From Zygnema circumcarinatum SAG 698-1b (taxonomy: Eukaryota > Plantae > Zygnematophyceae), in assembly GCA_037447605.1 (NCBI GenBank), contig CM074813.1:1364001-1428000 (forward strand): a DNA stretch of 64,000 nt. Direction: 5' to 3'. A program made the translations under genes and the position numbers. Shown in pieces: positions 1 through 12,667 of this stretch. Below the pieces are notes generated by a model. That model had not been told where the DNA came from. It made no database searches and saw only the letters and a list, made by a program, of their open reading frames with translations. How positions within the stretch are numbered: the stretch's first letter is position 1; the number at the start of each line of letters is the position of its first letter.

Positions 1-145
1 CTGCATACTTTTGAGACGGCATAGTGGAAAGGCAAGAATGTCGTCTTTTTCTTTTTTGCCGGGGGACGGTCATGATTTTCTTCGGAATTCAAGATTTTGA
101 CCCTATGCTTACCTTATGCTTATGCTGCTCCCTGCTGTGTAACAG

Positions 146-819
146 AGGACCATTCGAGGCTACGCAATTTCTGGCGGAGGGCGTGGCATAGAGCGTGTGG
201 ATGTGTCTGCAGATGGCGGAAAGAGCTGGGTGGAAGCAAGAAGGCTGCCCCAATCAGAAGATGCAGAAGGTGTCTACGTGGCAGATGATGACAGCACAAG
301 AAAACAGTGGGCGTGGGTGCTTTGGGAGGCTGACGTCACTCTGCACACCCCCTGTGCCCTTGTGGCTCGCTCGGTGAGTTCCCTGCGAAAGATAGCGAGA
401 GGGAGAGAGTGGTCACAGTGAGGGAGTGGGGGAGTGGGGGAGCGTAGGGGAGGATAGAGGCCGAGAGATGTGGGGGAATGCTTGAGGAGCTTGAAGGGAC
501 GAGGAAGAACGAGGCGGAGACGGGATGGGTGAGTGTGACGGAGAAAAGCGGGAATAGAGAGGGAGGGAGGGAGTGGAGAGAAGCAGTAGGGATGTGGGGA
601 AAGGGAGAATGGGAGGGAGAAGTGATGTCCATCGAGACCATGACCGTTGCCGATGGCTCTCGTGATTGTCAGGTGGACATAGCGAGCAGCACGCAGCCGG
701 AAAATGTGGATTCCATTTGGAACCTCCGTGGAGTTCTCAACAACTCGTGGCATTGCATTCGCATCAACGCGCCGAGCCCTCACTCTGAACGGTCACACAA
801 GGCCCTTTCCAGTCTCTGA
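146..819 (+). CDS. SO: Sulfite oxidase (plant-type), last two exons (146-373, 673-819); 5' part lies before the window
   Basis: Spliced translation gives RTIRGYAISGGGRGIERVDVSADGGKSWVEAR...LVARS|VDIASSTQPENVDSIWNLRGVLNNSWH, the Mo-cofactor oxidoreductase dimerisation domain. GT-AG intron 374-672 is phase 0; stop at 817-819. Confidence 0.9.
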
Positions 820-1874
820 CTGCGCAGGGTGAGAAGGCTATGCGGATGAGGACAGGTGGAAGATGAAAACGTGCGGAGGATAAAAGATGCTCAGAACTTT
901 CCATTTTTGGAGGGGAATGGGTGCTGGGAGGTGTTTGTTCGTGAGTTCCTTAACCTCACGATTGTACAGTTGGCTCAAGTTTTGGCACCTTTAAGACAGA
1001 GCAGACAGCCTTTTGAAAGGCGTGGAGACGGTGGCGTGATGTGCGATGCATGTGCTGGCTAAGGAGCGGAAAAAACAGAACAGCACTGACGAAGACTGTC
1101 GTGGCACGGAGCAATATTGTTGAAGAGAGGAAAATCAAACTTTTGGGCCGAGAGAGGAGTGTCCGTTTGTAGACAAGGGTTGGCGTCAACAAAAGAATGT
1201 GGCAGATGGAGTAAAGATGGCTTTACGCCTTTCTTTCGATGATAGTGGTTAGGACAAATAAGGAACGATTTATTAGTTACCGAATCTTTCCTTTCTTCGG
1301 ATTTTCTCATGTTCCATAGCCCCCTGTGGTAAGGCTGATTGTACCGCCTTTGTTTCCTTGTTAAACAATTGGAAATTTGGTTTTTTAGGATGAACATGAT
1401 GTTGAAGAGGTCGAATTATTTCTCTGCCTTCGCATGCTACTTTTAAGTTGAGTCCGTACAGCGGCAGAATACAAGGATCAGGAAGTTAGGTGAGATGATG
1501 ACCGCCAAATGCAGTTGTCCTCTTTTCGAATGTTATGTCATTGCTTCATTGAAGACTGGAGACTTTCCAAACATCGAGAATCTATTATATATTTTATGTT
1601 CCCTTTTTAGGTGAATTGGCATTCATCTTACGATAGATATGACCTTGCGATATTTTCTTTTCCCGTTTGTTACTTGAAGAGACTGCGAGAAGATTCATGC
1701 GTACTGTTTGCTGTTAGCATTACAATCACAATATTGCAGTTTTATCAAGTTCATCTAAAAATTGAAAATAGCAAATATGTAACATCATGACTTCAAAATG
1801 AAAATAGCAGCTTTTGCATATAAACAATTGAAGAAATAAATATTTCGCTTATACAGGTTTCGTTATTTTTCAAT

Positions 1875-4800
1875 TTAAAGCTCATCTTTGCCAATTTCCA
1901 ACATAATTCTTTCTCCTTCTTCCAAACTTTTCCTCCGCTTTGTTTCACCATCAGCGCCTTCGCTCGCTGAGGCGCTTAAAATTTCTGATTTGTGATCGTT
2001 CACAAACGAAATCAATTCCTCCTTCGACAACTTGCCCGCGTATTTGTGAACGACTCCATTGGAGGACACCATATAAATCGACGGAACGCTTTGCACCGAG
2101 AATTTAGGGTTCGGAACATCGTTCAGAAGCATGTTCTGCAATATGGGAGACATGCCGAGTGACATCAGCGCACGTGCAGAAATGGATCAACGCAGCGGGG
2201 GGCTGAGAGGGAGAGGAGGGAGAGGGAGAGGGAGAGGAGGGAGAGGGAGAGGGAGAGGACGGAGAGGGAGATGGAGATAGATAGCTTACGATGTGACCGA
2301 CAACAACGGAGGGGTCATGTTTGAACGATTCCGCCACCCCCTTGTAAGTTGGGGCAAGGGCGATTGACTGTCGGTCCGTGGAGGCGTACAACTGAATCAA
2401 TACTGCACCATTGCAAGAATTCGCAGGATTAACGCCATTGACACACTCCGACTACTACTACTACTACCACTACTACTACTACTACTTCGTTGGTATCCAA
2501 CGTAGTAGTCGTTCAAATGAGAAAAAGAAAAAAACAAAAAATGCGGCACTTGTTTCTGTTCTTTCTCCATTGTTACACATCTCGCCCCTTCCAAAAACTC
2601 CGTCATCATGAGACCGAAAAAAAAGGCATCCGGGGATACCACTTGACTTTCGATAGCCCAGCAATCAAAGTCCAAAATAGCCAAAGAAAAGAGCATTATC
2701 GACCCTTCGCAACGACCAACTGAAAGACAGAAACGAGGAACTAAGGAGCCAAATTTATAGCCACCTAAACGAGACCAAACCAAACTAAACTAGACTAAAA
2801 AAAGAATGGAGACGCAGACAAAGAAACAGAGGGAGCGAGAGAAGGGGGAGGGGAGACGAGATAGAGAGAAAGGCCGAAGGCTACCATTCTTGCCGGAGTT
2901 GAAAACCACGTCGTTGAAGTTGCTTCCCGTGACAACTGTCACGGGCCCAATGAGGTCGTCTTCCGTAAGCACCTGCGACTGCACGAATGGTTCCAACCTC
3001 CCCTCCTGCAGCCCGCCCGAAGTTTTGTCTTTCTTAGGCAATCCACCCCCTCCTACTATATCGCACTCTCGCGCATCCTCTCCCCTCTATCTCTACCCCT
3101 CTTTCTCTAACTATTTCTCTACCTCTTCCTCGCACTAGCACTCTCTCGCTCTTTTTCTCACTCTCCATTTTCTCGCCCCACTCTGTCTCTCGCTCTCCCA
3201 CTCCTCTCGCTTTCCCCCTCGCTTTTTCCTTTACATCGTTATCGCAACCTCTGTCCCCACGTCTTCCACTTCCCCCACTTTCTCTACCTCTCCATCTCCT
3301 ACCTTCCCTCATAACTCAGTCCCTCTCTCCCCCGCCCTTCTCTCTCCCACTCCCTCTCTCCCTCTCCTCCCTCTTGGGCCGGCCGTACCGCATGGTCCGC
3401 AAAGAAGCCCTCCATCTCCTCCCCTCGCACATTCTTCTTCAGGAAGACGCCATTCATTCGCCCGTCTGAGATCATCAACGCGGGGAAGTCCCCCTCCAAA
3501 AGGCCGAATCTCTGCGGTTGGATAAGGGAACACGTGTCAGCGATCCATTGCAGCCAACTGTCCCAGACTCCAAAGGAACACTTCATCATCTAACGTTAGC
3601 GTACTATTGGCGGAATTTAAAAAAAAAAAAAAAAAATAGACACTAAAGACTCCTAAGGAAACTATGCCAGAATGTTCAGTTTTCATGTGGTTGTAAAGAG
3701 GAGAACAGAGTAGCGGTAAGGGGTGGTATTGCACCCCGAGCTGCCCTTCACCGCCCTCTGTCTCAGAGACGTAGAAATAGAAGTCATCCCTCCACATTTT
3801 CGCAACTTTTTCGTACATTTTTGTCATCATCGTTAATTGGGGACATTCAGGGCTGCGAAAGAAGTAGGCCTGGAAGAGAACCACGTCGAATTAAAACATG
3901 TGTTCCAGCAAAATCGCCCATCAAAAGGGAAAAAGTAACAGCATTCTTCCTATCGCCCTGTCACCGCAGTTCTTCCCCTCCTCCCCTTGAAGCAAAGCCC
4001 TCCCATCCCACCCCTCTCTTCTCTCTCTATCGCTCTCATCACCCTCTCTCTCTCGTCCCCTTTCTCCGCATCTATCTCTCTTTTGGAACCTCCCATTCGC
4101 CGTCCTCTCTCCTCATCTTGTTCGACCTCCTCCAAATCTCTCTACCTCTCTCACTTTCCGACCGCCTTTCGCCTCGCTGCCCCCTCTTTCCCTTCCTCAT
4201 TTTGTCACTTCCTCTCGCTCCTCCCACACATTCTCCCACTACGTCCGCTTCTACCCACCACCCTCCCTCCCTCCCGCCTCGCCCTCCCCCCGTCTCTCCC
4301 CCTATCATAGTATCCGCCATCTTCCTCCTCAACGACCTTGTCTCTCCCTCTTCTGTCCCTTGTTCCTGTTCCCCCACTCTGCACCCTCCTTCCCCGTCCC
4401 ATCCCCAGTCTCTGCCTCTCCCCGCACTCGTCTCTCTCCCTTTCTCTTCTCCCCTACGTCCCTCTCCTTTTCTCCATCCCTCTCCCCTCGCTCTCTCACC
4501 CAACTCTCTCGCAGACCGGCAGGTCTCACCTGAGACTTCGGCGATTCGGAAATCCTTTTCATGACAGCCGAAGGAACGTACTCCCCTCCGGTCATTACAA
4601 GAGGAACGCTGCTGCTCAGAATGCTCTCCATCATCGCCATTTCTTCAAAAACCTGGACGATATTCGCACTCTCTTTTCCACACAATGTCATCACTCGGCG
4701 AGTTTCCTATGCGCTCTTGCATTCCTTTCTAAGCACCTGGGAATGATGGAATGTGAAAAAGGAAAAGCATAGTTTGCGCGGGAGGAGTTTAGATGTCTGC

Positions 4801-6728
4801 GTACCGTAAATTCCTTAAACCCTTCAACTGAGCTCCTGTAGAGACGCACAATCGGGCGAATGGGCTTTTGAAGGTCGTTGGGGTTCAGAGATCCGTCCAA
4901 GAAAGGGAGAAGGGAAAGGTTGGTGATGTGGCCTATGCGGAAATCCACGGCAAGCTCACTCGCACTCTTCTGGAATACGGCAAATTCTTCGCTTTCCTCA
5001 ATGGGAAATATGCCCACCTGCCAGAAAATGCAGGCCTTATTGTGTGTTCATATTTGTAAATTTCATTTTTCGACGCTCTAGATGTAAACTACCATAAACT
5101 CATGTAGGCTCTCAAATTACAACTAGAGCACTTCCGGTGTCAAGAAAAATCCCGTCCTTACAGATTACACCCCTAACAAACGAAACACTTAAACCTAAAA
5201 CTGATTTCAAAAGAACGATCATCAGAGATCAGAAATCACCATCAAGAGCATATAAAAATCATATTTCCAAGATCTGCATGCTAGTCAGGCTTCTAAGATG
5301 GAGGATGCGCCGCTTACAATCGCATACTTGGCGTCCGTGAGAAATGACTTCGCTCGTGATTCCGAAAATAAGTGTTCTGAAGAAGGGCCGGCGACATTGG
5401 CAAAAGCTCTCGCCATATCGGAGGCAAAGGGAGCTCCTTTATAATCCTGAACCAGGTCTCCTCTACTGTAGACCTGAACTGTAGGATAAGCTTTTACTCC
5501 GTGCTCGTGTCCCAACTGGCCATGGACTTCATCGGAAACGTCAAGTCTGCCAAGCACAGCGGTGGAGTTCTCCTCATATAAAACTTCAGCCGCCTTCTCA
5601 AACTGCAACACAGAATAGCACGACGGGCGATTCCACATTGTGGGTTACAGAAAATAGAACTGAATGGATATAAGCATAATACATAGGACCAGAACCGATT
5701 AATTCGAGTAAAAAATGAGAGTTTTGGATTTTGGAGGTGAAGATCAGCACAGAACCGTCCCAAGCACCCTCGAGGGGTAGCGGTTGAGGGAAGGACGAAC
5801 GGTAATGAAGGAAAGAGTGATAGAGGGACGAAGCGAGAGAGAAGGGAAACGAAATGGAGATGAGGAGAGGGGAAGGAAGCAGAGGAGAGGGAGGAACGGC
5901 GGAAAGATGGAGGGAATAAACGGAGAATATAGACCTTACCTCTGGATCAAGCATCTGGCACTTGGGACACCTGCGGTAGTCACAACTCGCATAAAAATGT
6001 GTGAGATGAAATTTTACTCCTGACGCAACCTCCCATGCAGATAATGCTCCAGGTGAAGTGAAATTGCGAATCTTATATGAAAATCACTTCCCACAGACGT
6101 TCATCAGCAAGACAGCAGACACCGTTTGACGAAAGTTCACGGTTAATGGAGGTGTTTCAACTTCTCCTCTCCTCTCTCCCTCTAGATCTCTCTCTCTCTC
6201 TCTTTCCTCCCCCTCCCTCCCCTGAGTCTCTATGGATATATTCTAGCCGAATCCTGTTCTGCCCCCCTCGCTCGCACGCTCTCCTGCTCCACTTTGCCTA
6301 GCCCTGTTCCCAGTTTCCACCTTTTCCTAAACTAATATTCACCTTCTCCCTCTATTTCTACGTTTCCTATCTCTGACCTCTTACTTTGGCACTGTGCCTT
6401 CGCATATAGCTCCATCAACAAGCTTCACTTATCCATTGCTACTCTTTGTTCGTTTTGGCTGCCTTTCCCTCTCCCTCTCTCACTTTCTCTCCCTCCTGTA
6501 AGGCCTTTAATTATTTTTAGACTCCATAGGATACAAATTTCCAAGAGAGAATTTCACTCACTCAAAATCGATGAACTCCACCACAGCGATGTCGTTACTG
6601 ATGAACTCATAGAACGTGCTCACGTCGAGCACCCGCACGCGGCTTGGTCTGCCCTCCCCACCAGAAAACGCTCCCCATATAAAAAATAGAAAAAAAACCC
6701 TCCGTGTTGTAGAGAAATTGGCAGCCAT
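1875..6728 (-). CDS. Protein disulfide isomerase-like ER protein (a-b-b'-a', signal peptide, C-terminal KDEL). Exons 6728-6562, 5970-5940, 5602-5318, 5017-4805, 4706-4530, 3869-~3735, 3511-3389, 3005-2885, 2402-2290, 2135-1875
   Basis: All introns are GT-AG with consistent phases. PDI-type motifs: VRVLDVSTFYEFISNDIAVVEFIDFECPKCQMLDPEFEKAA; GVKAYPTVQVY; EGRLEPFVQSQ...PVTVVTGSNFNDVVFNSGKNVLIQLYA; NDVPNPKFSVQSVPSIY. Ends KDEL*. Hydrophobic N-terminus RRVFFLFFIWGAFSG. Confidence 0.88.
2450..2486 (+). repeat. (TAC/ACT)n microsatellite in a PDI intron
   Basis: Directly visible actactact... run with one interruption. Confidence 0.85.
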
Positions 6729-8011
6729 AGCCTCTGAACTCTTGCACTCTCCCAAACTCAGACTAATACCAGCTCAATCGTGAAAGATTGTAACTCTCCC
6801 TGATCACTGCAACTGTCTTTAGAGAGAGAGAGAAAGAGAGAGAGGAGCGGAATTTCTGAAAGAGAATGTGGAAGAGGGAGAGCAAGAATGCGAGCTTGTA
6901 CTCCCTCCCTCGGCCTGCCCTGCCGGCAGGCGCCCAAGCAAGCGAGCAAGCAAGACGGGGGGCAGGCGGACCGGCTCTGCGGCCGCCGGTACATAACCAC
7001 CGCCGTACCGTCGGGCAGTTTGCATACGGGTTCACGTGGCAGATGGCCATTGGAGGATGTTTTCTTAGAGCCAATCAGGAGCGGGATTTCCACGCGCGGG
7101 AGCTCGCGCGTTATTTAACTGCCCACGGGGACGGACTGTGCAGACGGTCTGGTCAGTTAGTCAGTGAGTGGCTCGTGCCGTGACTGCTCGTGCGACTGCC
7201 GGACGGACGGGAAGAGTGCGGGTCCTTATTTAGTCGACTAACCCTCCGCTCCGCATTGGAGGGTTGTCCAGGGGTCATTGGAACGTGGCTGCAATTTCGA
7301 GAGGTTCGCAGTTCGAACCCCGCCCTCTCGCGCACAGGCCAGCCCGCGAGCGACCGCCGGGCCTTGCCTCGCTCATGGCGTCAGAGACCATGAATTCCTT
7401 CAGGCACAGGCACAGGCGCAGGCGAGGAAGAGCGGAGGTCCTTTGGAGGTGTACCCTGTGGCGAGCGATGCAATCGCAGCTCGCTATATCTTACGAAATT
7501 CTTTCATGGCTTATGCCATCTATAATGTCCCCACAACGGGAACATACCCACAAAAGTGTGCAGCTCAGATTGGCACAGAGGGAGACAGTGCTTGACCTTC
7601 GCTGAGCTGTTTTTGGCGTTGGCTTTATTTCCGGTGTGAAACATTACTTCAAGAAACTAGATTGAGATTGCCACTATTTCAGGGTCTCGAGACTTTCCGT
7701 TTTCTGTTTTACGTTTCTAGAGTCGAAGGCCAACGACTATCAAACCGACAAGGTTCCGTTCACTTTCGTACAGTGAAATCGATCCTTAACTAATGCACAT
7801 TGAGAGCCGCCTGCAAATCTTCAGTTACACTACTGACGCATTTGGAAGTTCTTGGCCGGGAATCTAACAAGAGTAAACACCTATAAATGTTAACATGGAC
7901 GACCATTTCGCAAAAGCAATTGCGAATTTGGTCCAAAGAATGCAAGAACGAATTTTCTTTAGGCTTGACATATGGACAACAGACAGAAGCAGACACAGCT
8001 AGGCGCAAAAC

Positions 8012-9650
8012 CTACGAATTTTTGTCCATTAATTGAATGGGTTGTAGGACATTGGCCTTGTTGGTTTCCATGATGCAGCCATTCATGACCATCTCGTCGA
8101 GCATGAAGTGCGCCTTCTCGAGGTGGAACATGATGTCAAGCTCGCACTGCATCACAGCCACATCCCCACAGTACATCACTGTGTCAGCACACACCATCAC
8201 TCCCAAAACCTCTACAGGCAGCATAGAGACTCGCTTCATCGAAGGGACACTGTTCCCCTACAACCCTCTCAATGTGGTACTTTCCCATCCTCACCTCAAG
8301 GCAGCAACAGCAAAGTAAAACATAGGGGAACGGCAAAACCTACCACGTTCCCAAAATATCGATCCATAGTTTCCACTACGCAGTGAATAAACTCCAGCAC
8401 AGCCAGCTCGTTCTGCAAGAAGAGACCCGGCAGACGATGACTCAGAATAAAGTTCACCTCTAACGCAAGAAGTAAACAATGGACCATGGTTGACTTCCAC
8501 ACGCTTGACCTAGATTAACTGCTGACTATAGAAGGTATAGTGTACCTCAGCCTGAGTCGCTTAAGGTTTCCAGATAATAAGGTATTTCTCTGAACGCCAA
8601 TGATTATCAGCATTTCATACAAGATGCAAAAACGAACAAGTCTGCCTACAGAACTAGAAATTGAAAGGCATACAGAAAAAGGTTGCAGGACTACTCACGC
8701 CAGCTAACAAGTCAGCATAGGTAATGAACATGACAGCCCCCTTCCCTCCCCTCAACTCCTCACTCCTTGTGTCCTCCCTTCTCAGCCTTTTCCATCTATC
8801 TTTGTCATTCCATTGCCTCTCGCGTTTCCTCCCTTCAATCCTCCCAGAAGAGGCGAGAAGGAAAGACGGCCTTCGTCAAGCATGGTAAAGTGTTTAGGTT
8901 TCGAAGAATGACGAGAATAGAACCACTCTAGAATAAGAGGTTCATGAGTTGTAGGCATGGAAGTAGAGAGGAGGATAAAACAGGGCTCACCTCATCGCCA
9001 TCAATGCCCACAAGGAAGAAAAGAGACGCATATCTCCTGTAAACCACTTTGTAGTTACGGTGCTCCACAAATGAGCACTGCAATTACGAACAGAATTTCA
9101 AAAGGCTATCCGGTACACAAACAATAAAGCAGAAACCAAACAAGCTGTTGCAGCTACAGATTCTTTGAGTGAGCAAATAAATACACTACCAGGAGAGGAG
9201 AACAAATACAGGTAAGTTCAAATAGGTCAGGGTCAATAGATTGTGCAACGTTGATGGTGAGTGGGGAAGAGAGGGGGAAGTGAGACAGGGAAAACGAGAA
9301 GAAAAAAAAGGAGAAAACAGGACGAGCAGTGAGAGGCAGAGGCATGAAGGAGCGGGATGGCGAAAGATGCAAGGAGAAGAGTAGGCAGTGACAGGTGGAG
9401 GGAAAGGGAGACAGAAAGAGGAGAGAGGGGAACTGGAACGCAACAGAATGGGAGGGCTATTGGGTGCGAAAGGAGAGGACGAGAGAGAGAGTGGGGGGCT
9501 CGAGAGCACCTGCTGATCTGAGCGTGCGAGACACTTTCGAACGATTTCTCCCTCCAGCGCTCTCCTCTCCTCCACGGAGATGTACTGGTGATACTGCGCG
9601 AGGCGAGTCTGTCCCTGCTTGTTCACCAGCAGGACGAAGCTGATCGTCAT
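8012..9650 (-). CDS. AP4S1: AP-4 adaptor complex sigma subunit. Exons 9650-9510, 9077-8991, 8412-8344, 8146-8012
   Basis: Spliced protein [47 protein letters not shown]|[29 protein letters not shown]|[23 protein letters not shown]|[44 protein letters not shown] closely matches plant sigma-4 adaptin. All introns are phase 0 GT-AG. Confidence 0.95.
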
Positions 9651-10142
9651 CGCCTCCTGCCGCGCCGGGCCGCTCAGATACACGTGCTGGAGATTCTCTC
9701 TCTCTGTCTCTCTCTCCCTCTCTTTTTCTCTTTCTGTCTCCTTACGCTTTCCCCCGCTCGCGCTCTCTCCCTCCCCAGGTACAGTCCCTTTCCCTCCCGC
9801 ACCTCCCGCTCTCCCCTCCGCCTCCCACGAACGTCAACCCCCTGCGGCCCTGCCCCTACCTCTGTCCGTCCAGAGAAACTAAACTGGCACTATCAACGCT
9901 AACATATGTCGAGGCCGCTCCCTCAGTTCCACGCAACCCACAGAAATGCACCATGTAACCAACGACCGTATCTCTGGCCGTACGCCTGAACGTACGGCCC
10001 CATCGTCCGTACGCCCCCCCCTCCCCCCCCCACCCCTTTTCTCCCCTCTCCGAAGAGCATTTTCGTCTCCTCCCCCGCCAGCCTCGCCCGGCTCTCCCTC
10101 CTGCCTCCCTCACACGTGCGGGCCGAGCCTGCAGGTGAGGCG

Positions 10143-11546
10143 ATGAAGTACGAGGACGGGCTGGCGATCTTGGGCGTGTCCCTGGGCGCCGCGCTGCTGT
10201 GCGAGGCCATCGCCTGGCTCGCGGTGTACCGCACGCCGCGGTATCGGAGCATGAAGGCGGCCATAGCGCGGGCCACGCGCAAGGTGGACGCCATGAAGGG
10301 CCGGAAGGCGCCCGGGGGAGGCCGCAACAAGAAGATCGACCGCTTCGAGAGCAGTCTCAAGGAGGCCTCGCAGCATCTCTCCTACTCCAAGTTTCAGGTC
10401 TGCGGGCGAAGGAGAGTACTAAAACCTAAAACAGCAATGAAAATGATACTGAGTGTGTTTTGAAGGAAGGCACGGGAGGAATTAGGGTTCCTGGAGGGGA
10501 GTAAGGGCTGTAGGTTGGCGGGATTTAGGGTTGTCTTTGGGGCAGTGAATTGGGATTTGGTGGTAGGATGGGGCTTATCGGAAGGAATGGAGCTGCTGCT
10601 TGTGTGGTTATAGCTGAGAGGTTAGGCATTCAGTAGCCAATCAGGGTTTCTGGGTTGGAATGGAGTCGGGGGTAAGCCTGAGTTTGGGGGAAGGCGAGGA
10701 ATTAATGGTTTAAGTGAAGGGAATGTGATTTATCTTTTGAAAACAAGAGGGAATTAGTATCTGAGTCGAGGTTTTCCCGCTTGAAGAAATGCGGGTTTTT
10801 GGTTTGGTTGTCAACATGAATGCGTATGGGGGAATCTATGGATATTTTGAACATGTTTCAAGCGATGAATTGGGAGTGGGTTGTTAGGTCCACACTGTCA
10901 GTCATATCATCTTTCAAGGTAGAATTCAAGGGAAGCTCAACCTAACTATTCTGGTTAACTCCACACATACCTTGTTTCCTCAATCTCTTCCCTTTCTCGT
11001 GCCCCTTATTGCCTCCCACACCCTTACATTATTTTGGCTTTAAATCTCCATCCGTTAAAAGTAAATTTCCACTCCCGATCGCCCCAGCCATTACCTTATC
11101 TCTCTGCTGCTCTCTCCGGTTTCTGTGCTTGCAGCTTGGTTTCGTTATGAGCGTGACGCTTCTCCTTGTGTTCGGCCTGTTGAGCTCTCTGTTTGAGGGC
11201 AAGGCCGTAGCCAAGCTCCCCTTCAAACCCTTTGCCTTCATTCAGGTTGGTTCTCAGTTCCCTCGGGCTCAATTTTTCAGCAATCCCTTTTCTCCGCTTC
11301 ATCTCACAAACAGTTACACGAAGCATATTCTGACTCGATTTTTCTTGATGTTAACGTGGGCTTCTTCAGAAAGTTTCACATCGGGGCCTCCCCGGAGACG
11401 ACCCCACCGACTGCGCGATGGTGTTCCTGTACATGCTCTGCTCCATGAGCATCCGCCCCAACGTTCAAAAGCTGCTTGGATTTGCTCCCCCGCGAGCTGC
11501 AGGAGGTCCAAGCTTATTTGCGCTTCCTGAGCAGAAAACAAAGTAG
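10143..11546 (+). CDS. TMCO1: TMCO1 (DUF841, ER membrane protein). Exons 10143-10397, 11135-11245, 11370-11546
   Basis: N-terminal TM and coiled coil (LLCEAIAWLAVYRTPRY...KKIDRFESSLKE), then FEGKAVAKLPFKPFAFIQ|KVSHRGLPGDDPTDCAMVFLYMLCSMSIRPNVQKLLGFAPPR. GT-AG introns. Confidence 0.92.
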
Positions 11547-12667
11547 TTTCTTAACCCCTCGAGGGCATTAGAACATGCGAAAAGGATGCCATGCGCTCGT
11601 ATACTACTAGCTCCTGGCCGAAGGGCTGTCTGCCCATCGCTTGATCACAGGCATTGAGATCGAGGGAGGGGGGGGAATGTGTGCCTACTGAAAGGATTTG
11701 CAGCTTTTGTATTCATAGAAATTGTTCGCACATTGTTGCTCTGGATCCATGGCAAGTGTCAAAGCAGCCATTGCTGTCCAACACCCGTCCTCGCATCAAA
11801 CTGGACTATAGTTTTTAGACTCCTCGTGGTTTTCTCGCAGTCTTTCCCTTTCCCCCCCCCCCCCCCCAAACCCACCCGGGGGTGCAGGCTGGCAAACTTC
11901 AAATCTCCATCTGGTTGTGCGGTTTGCAATCGTGCGTCACGCGGTGCAGGAAACGTACGAACATTGACGTCACCATGCGTCATAACCGTACAATGAACTT
12001 TCCAGGCGGATTCGTCGGTAGCGCTCGCAACTGCGCCGAACTTTCCAGAGCTTCTGCCACGAAAATCTACATCTTGCAGCCACTGGACCACGTGGCTGTC
12101 ACGTGGCAAAATTATATTGGCAGAGAACGGCATACGTGGCAGGCCGAACGGTCCGAATCTGCGCTTGACGAGCTGACATACAGGGACGAATACTGTATCG
12201 TATCGTATCGCATTATACCGAAAGAAGATACGATACGACATTTGACAAAGGCGGTCCACTCTCGAGGTGGCGACGCAAAATGTCTGACAGGCCGTACGGC
12301 CGAGATACTGCAGTCCAGAAACAAAAATAATTATCTGGGAGATTTTCAAAAAAGACACGGATTCAAAATTGAAATTTAAAAATTCACCGAAAGGTGTGCA
12401 GGACCGCGAGTGACTGTACACGTGTCCCCTCCCGCGCGGTTCTACGCGTGGTTTATATTTCCCACCGCGGGGTTTCCTCCGACGTCACCCTGCAAGAGAA
12501 ACCGCGCCGTTTTTTCAAAACCGCGCTGTCGTGCAGAAAAACCGCGCTGTAATCGATCTGCAGTTCTGCAATTGGGCTGCTGGAGGAGCTGCTAGTCGGA
12601 GAGTTTACAGCAGGGAGGGAGAGAGGGAGGAGGGAGAGAGTAGGGAGGAGGAAAGGAGGAGGAAGCC

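Noticed and set aside
6758-7605. GC-rich overlapping ORFs of 100-113 aa upstream of the PDI gene
   Set aside because: No recognisable motif or convincing splice pattern; could be promoter or UTR sequence. RNA-seq is needed.
11759-12421. 220-aa minus ORF overlapping a 165-aa plus ORF
   Set aside because: No domain similarity; it spans low-complexity and hairpin sequence upstream of SMT2 and relies on non-ATG starts.
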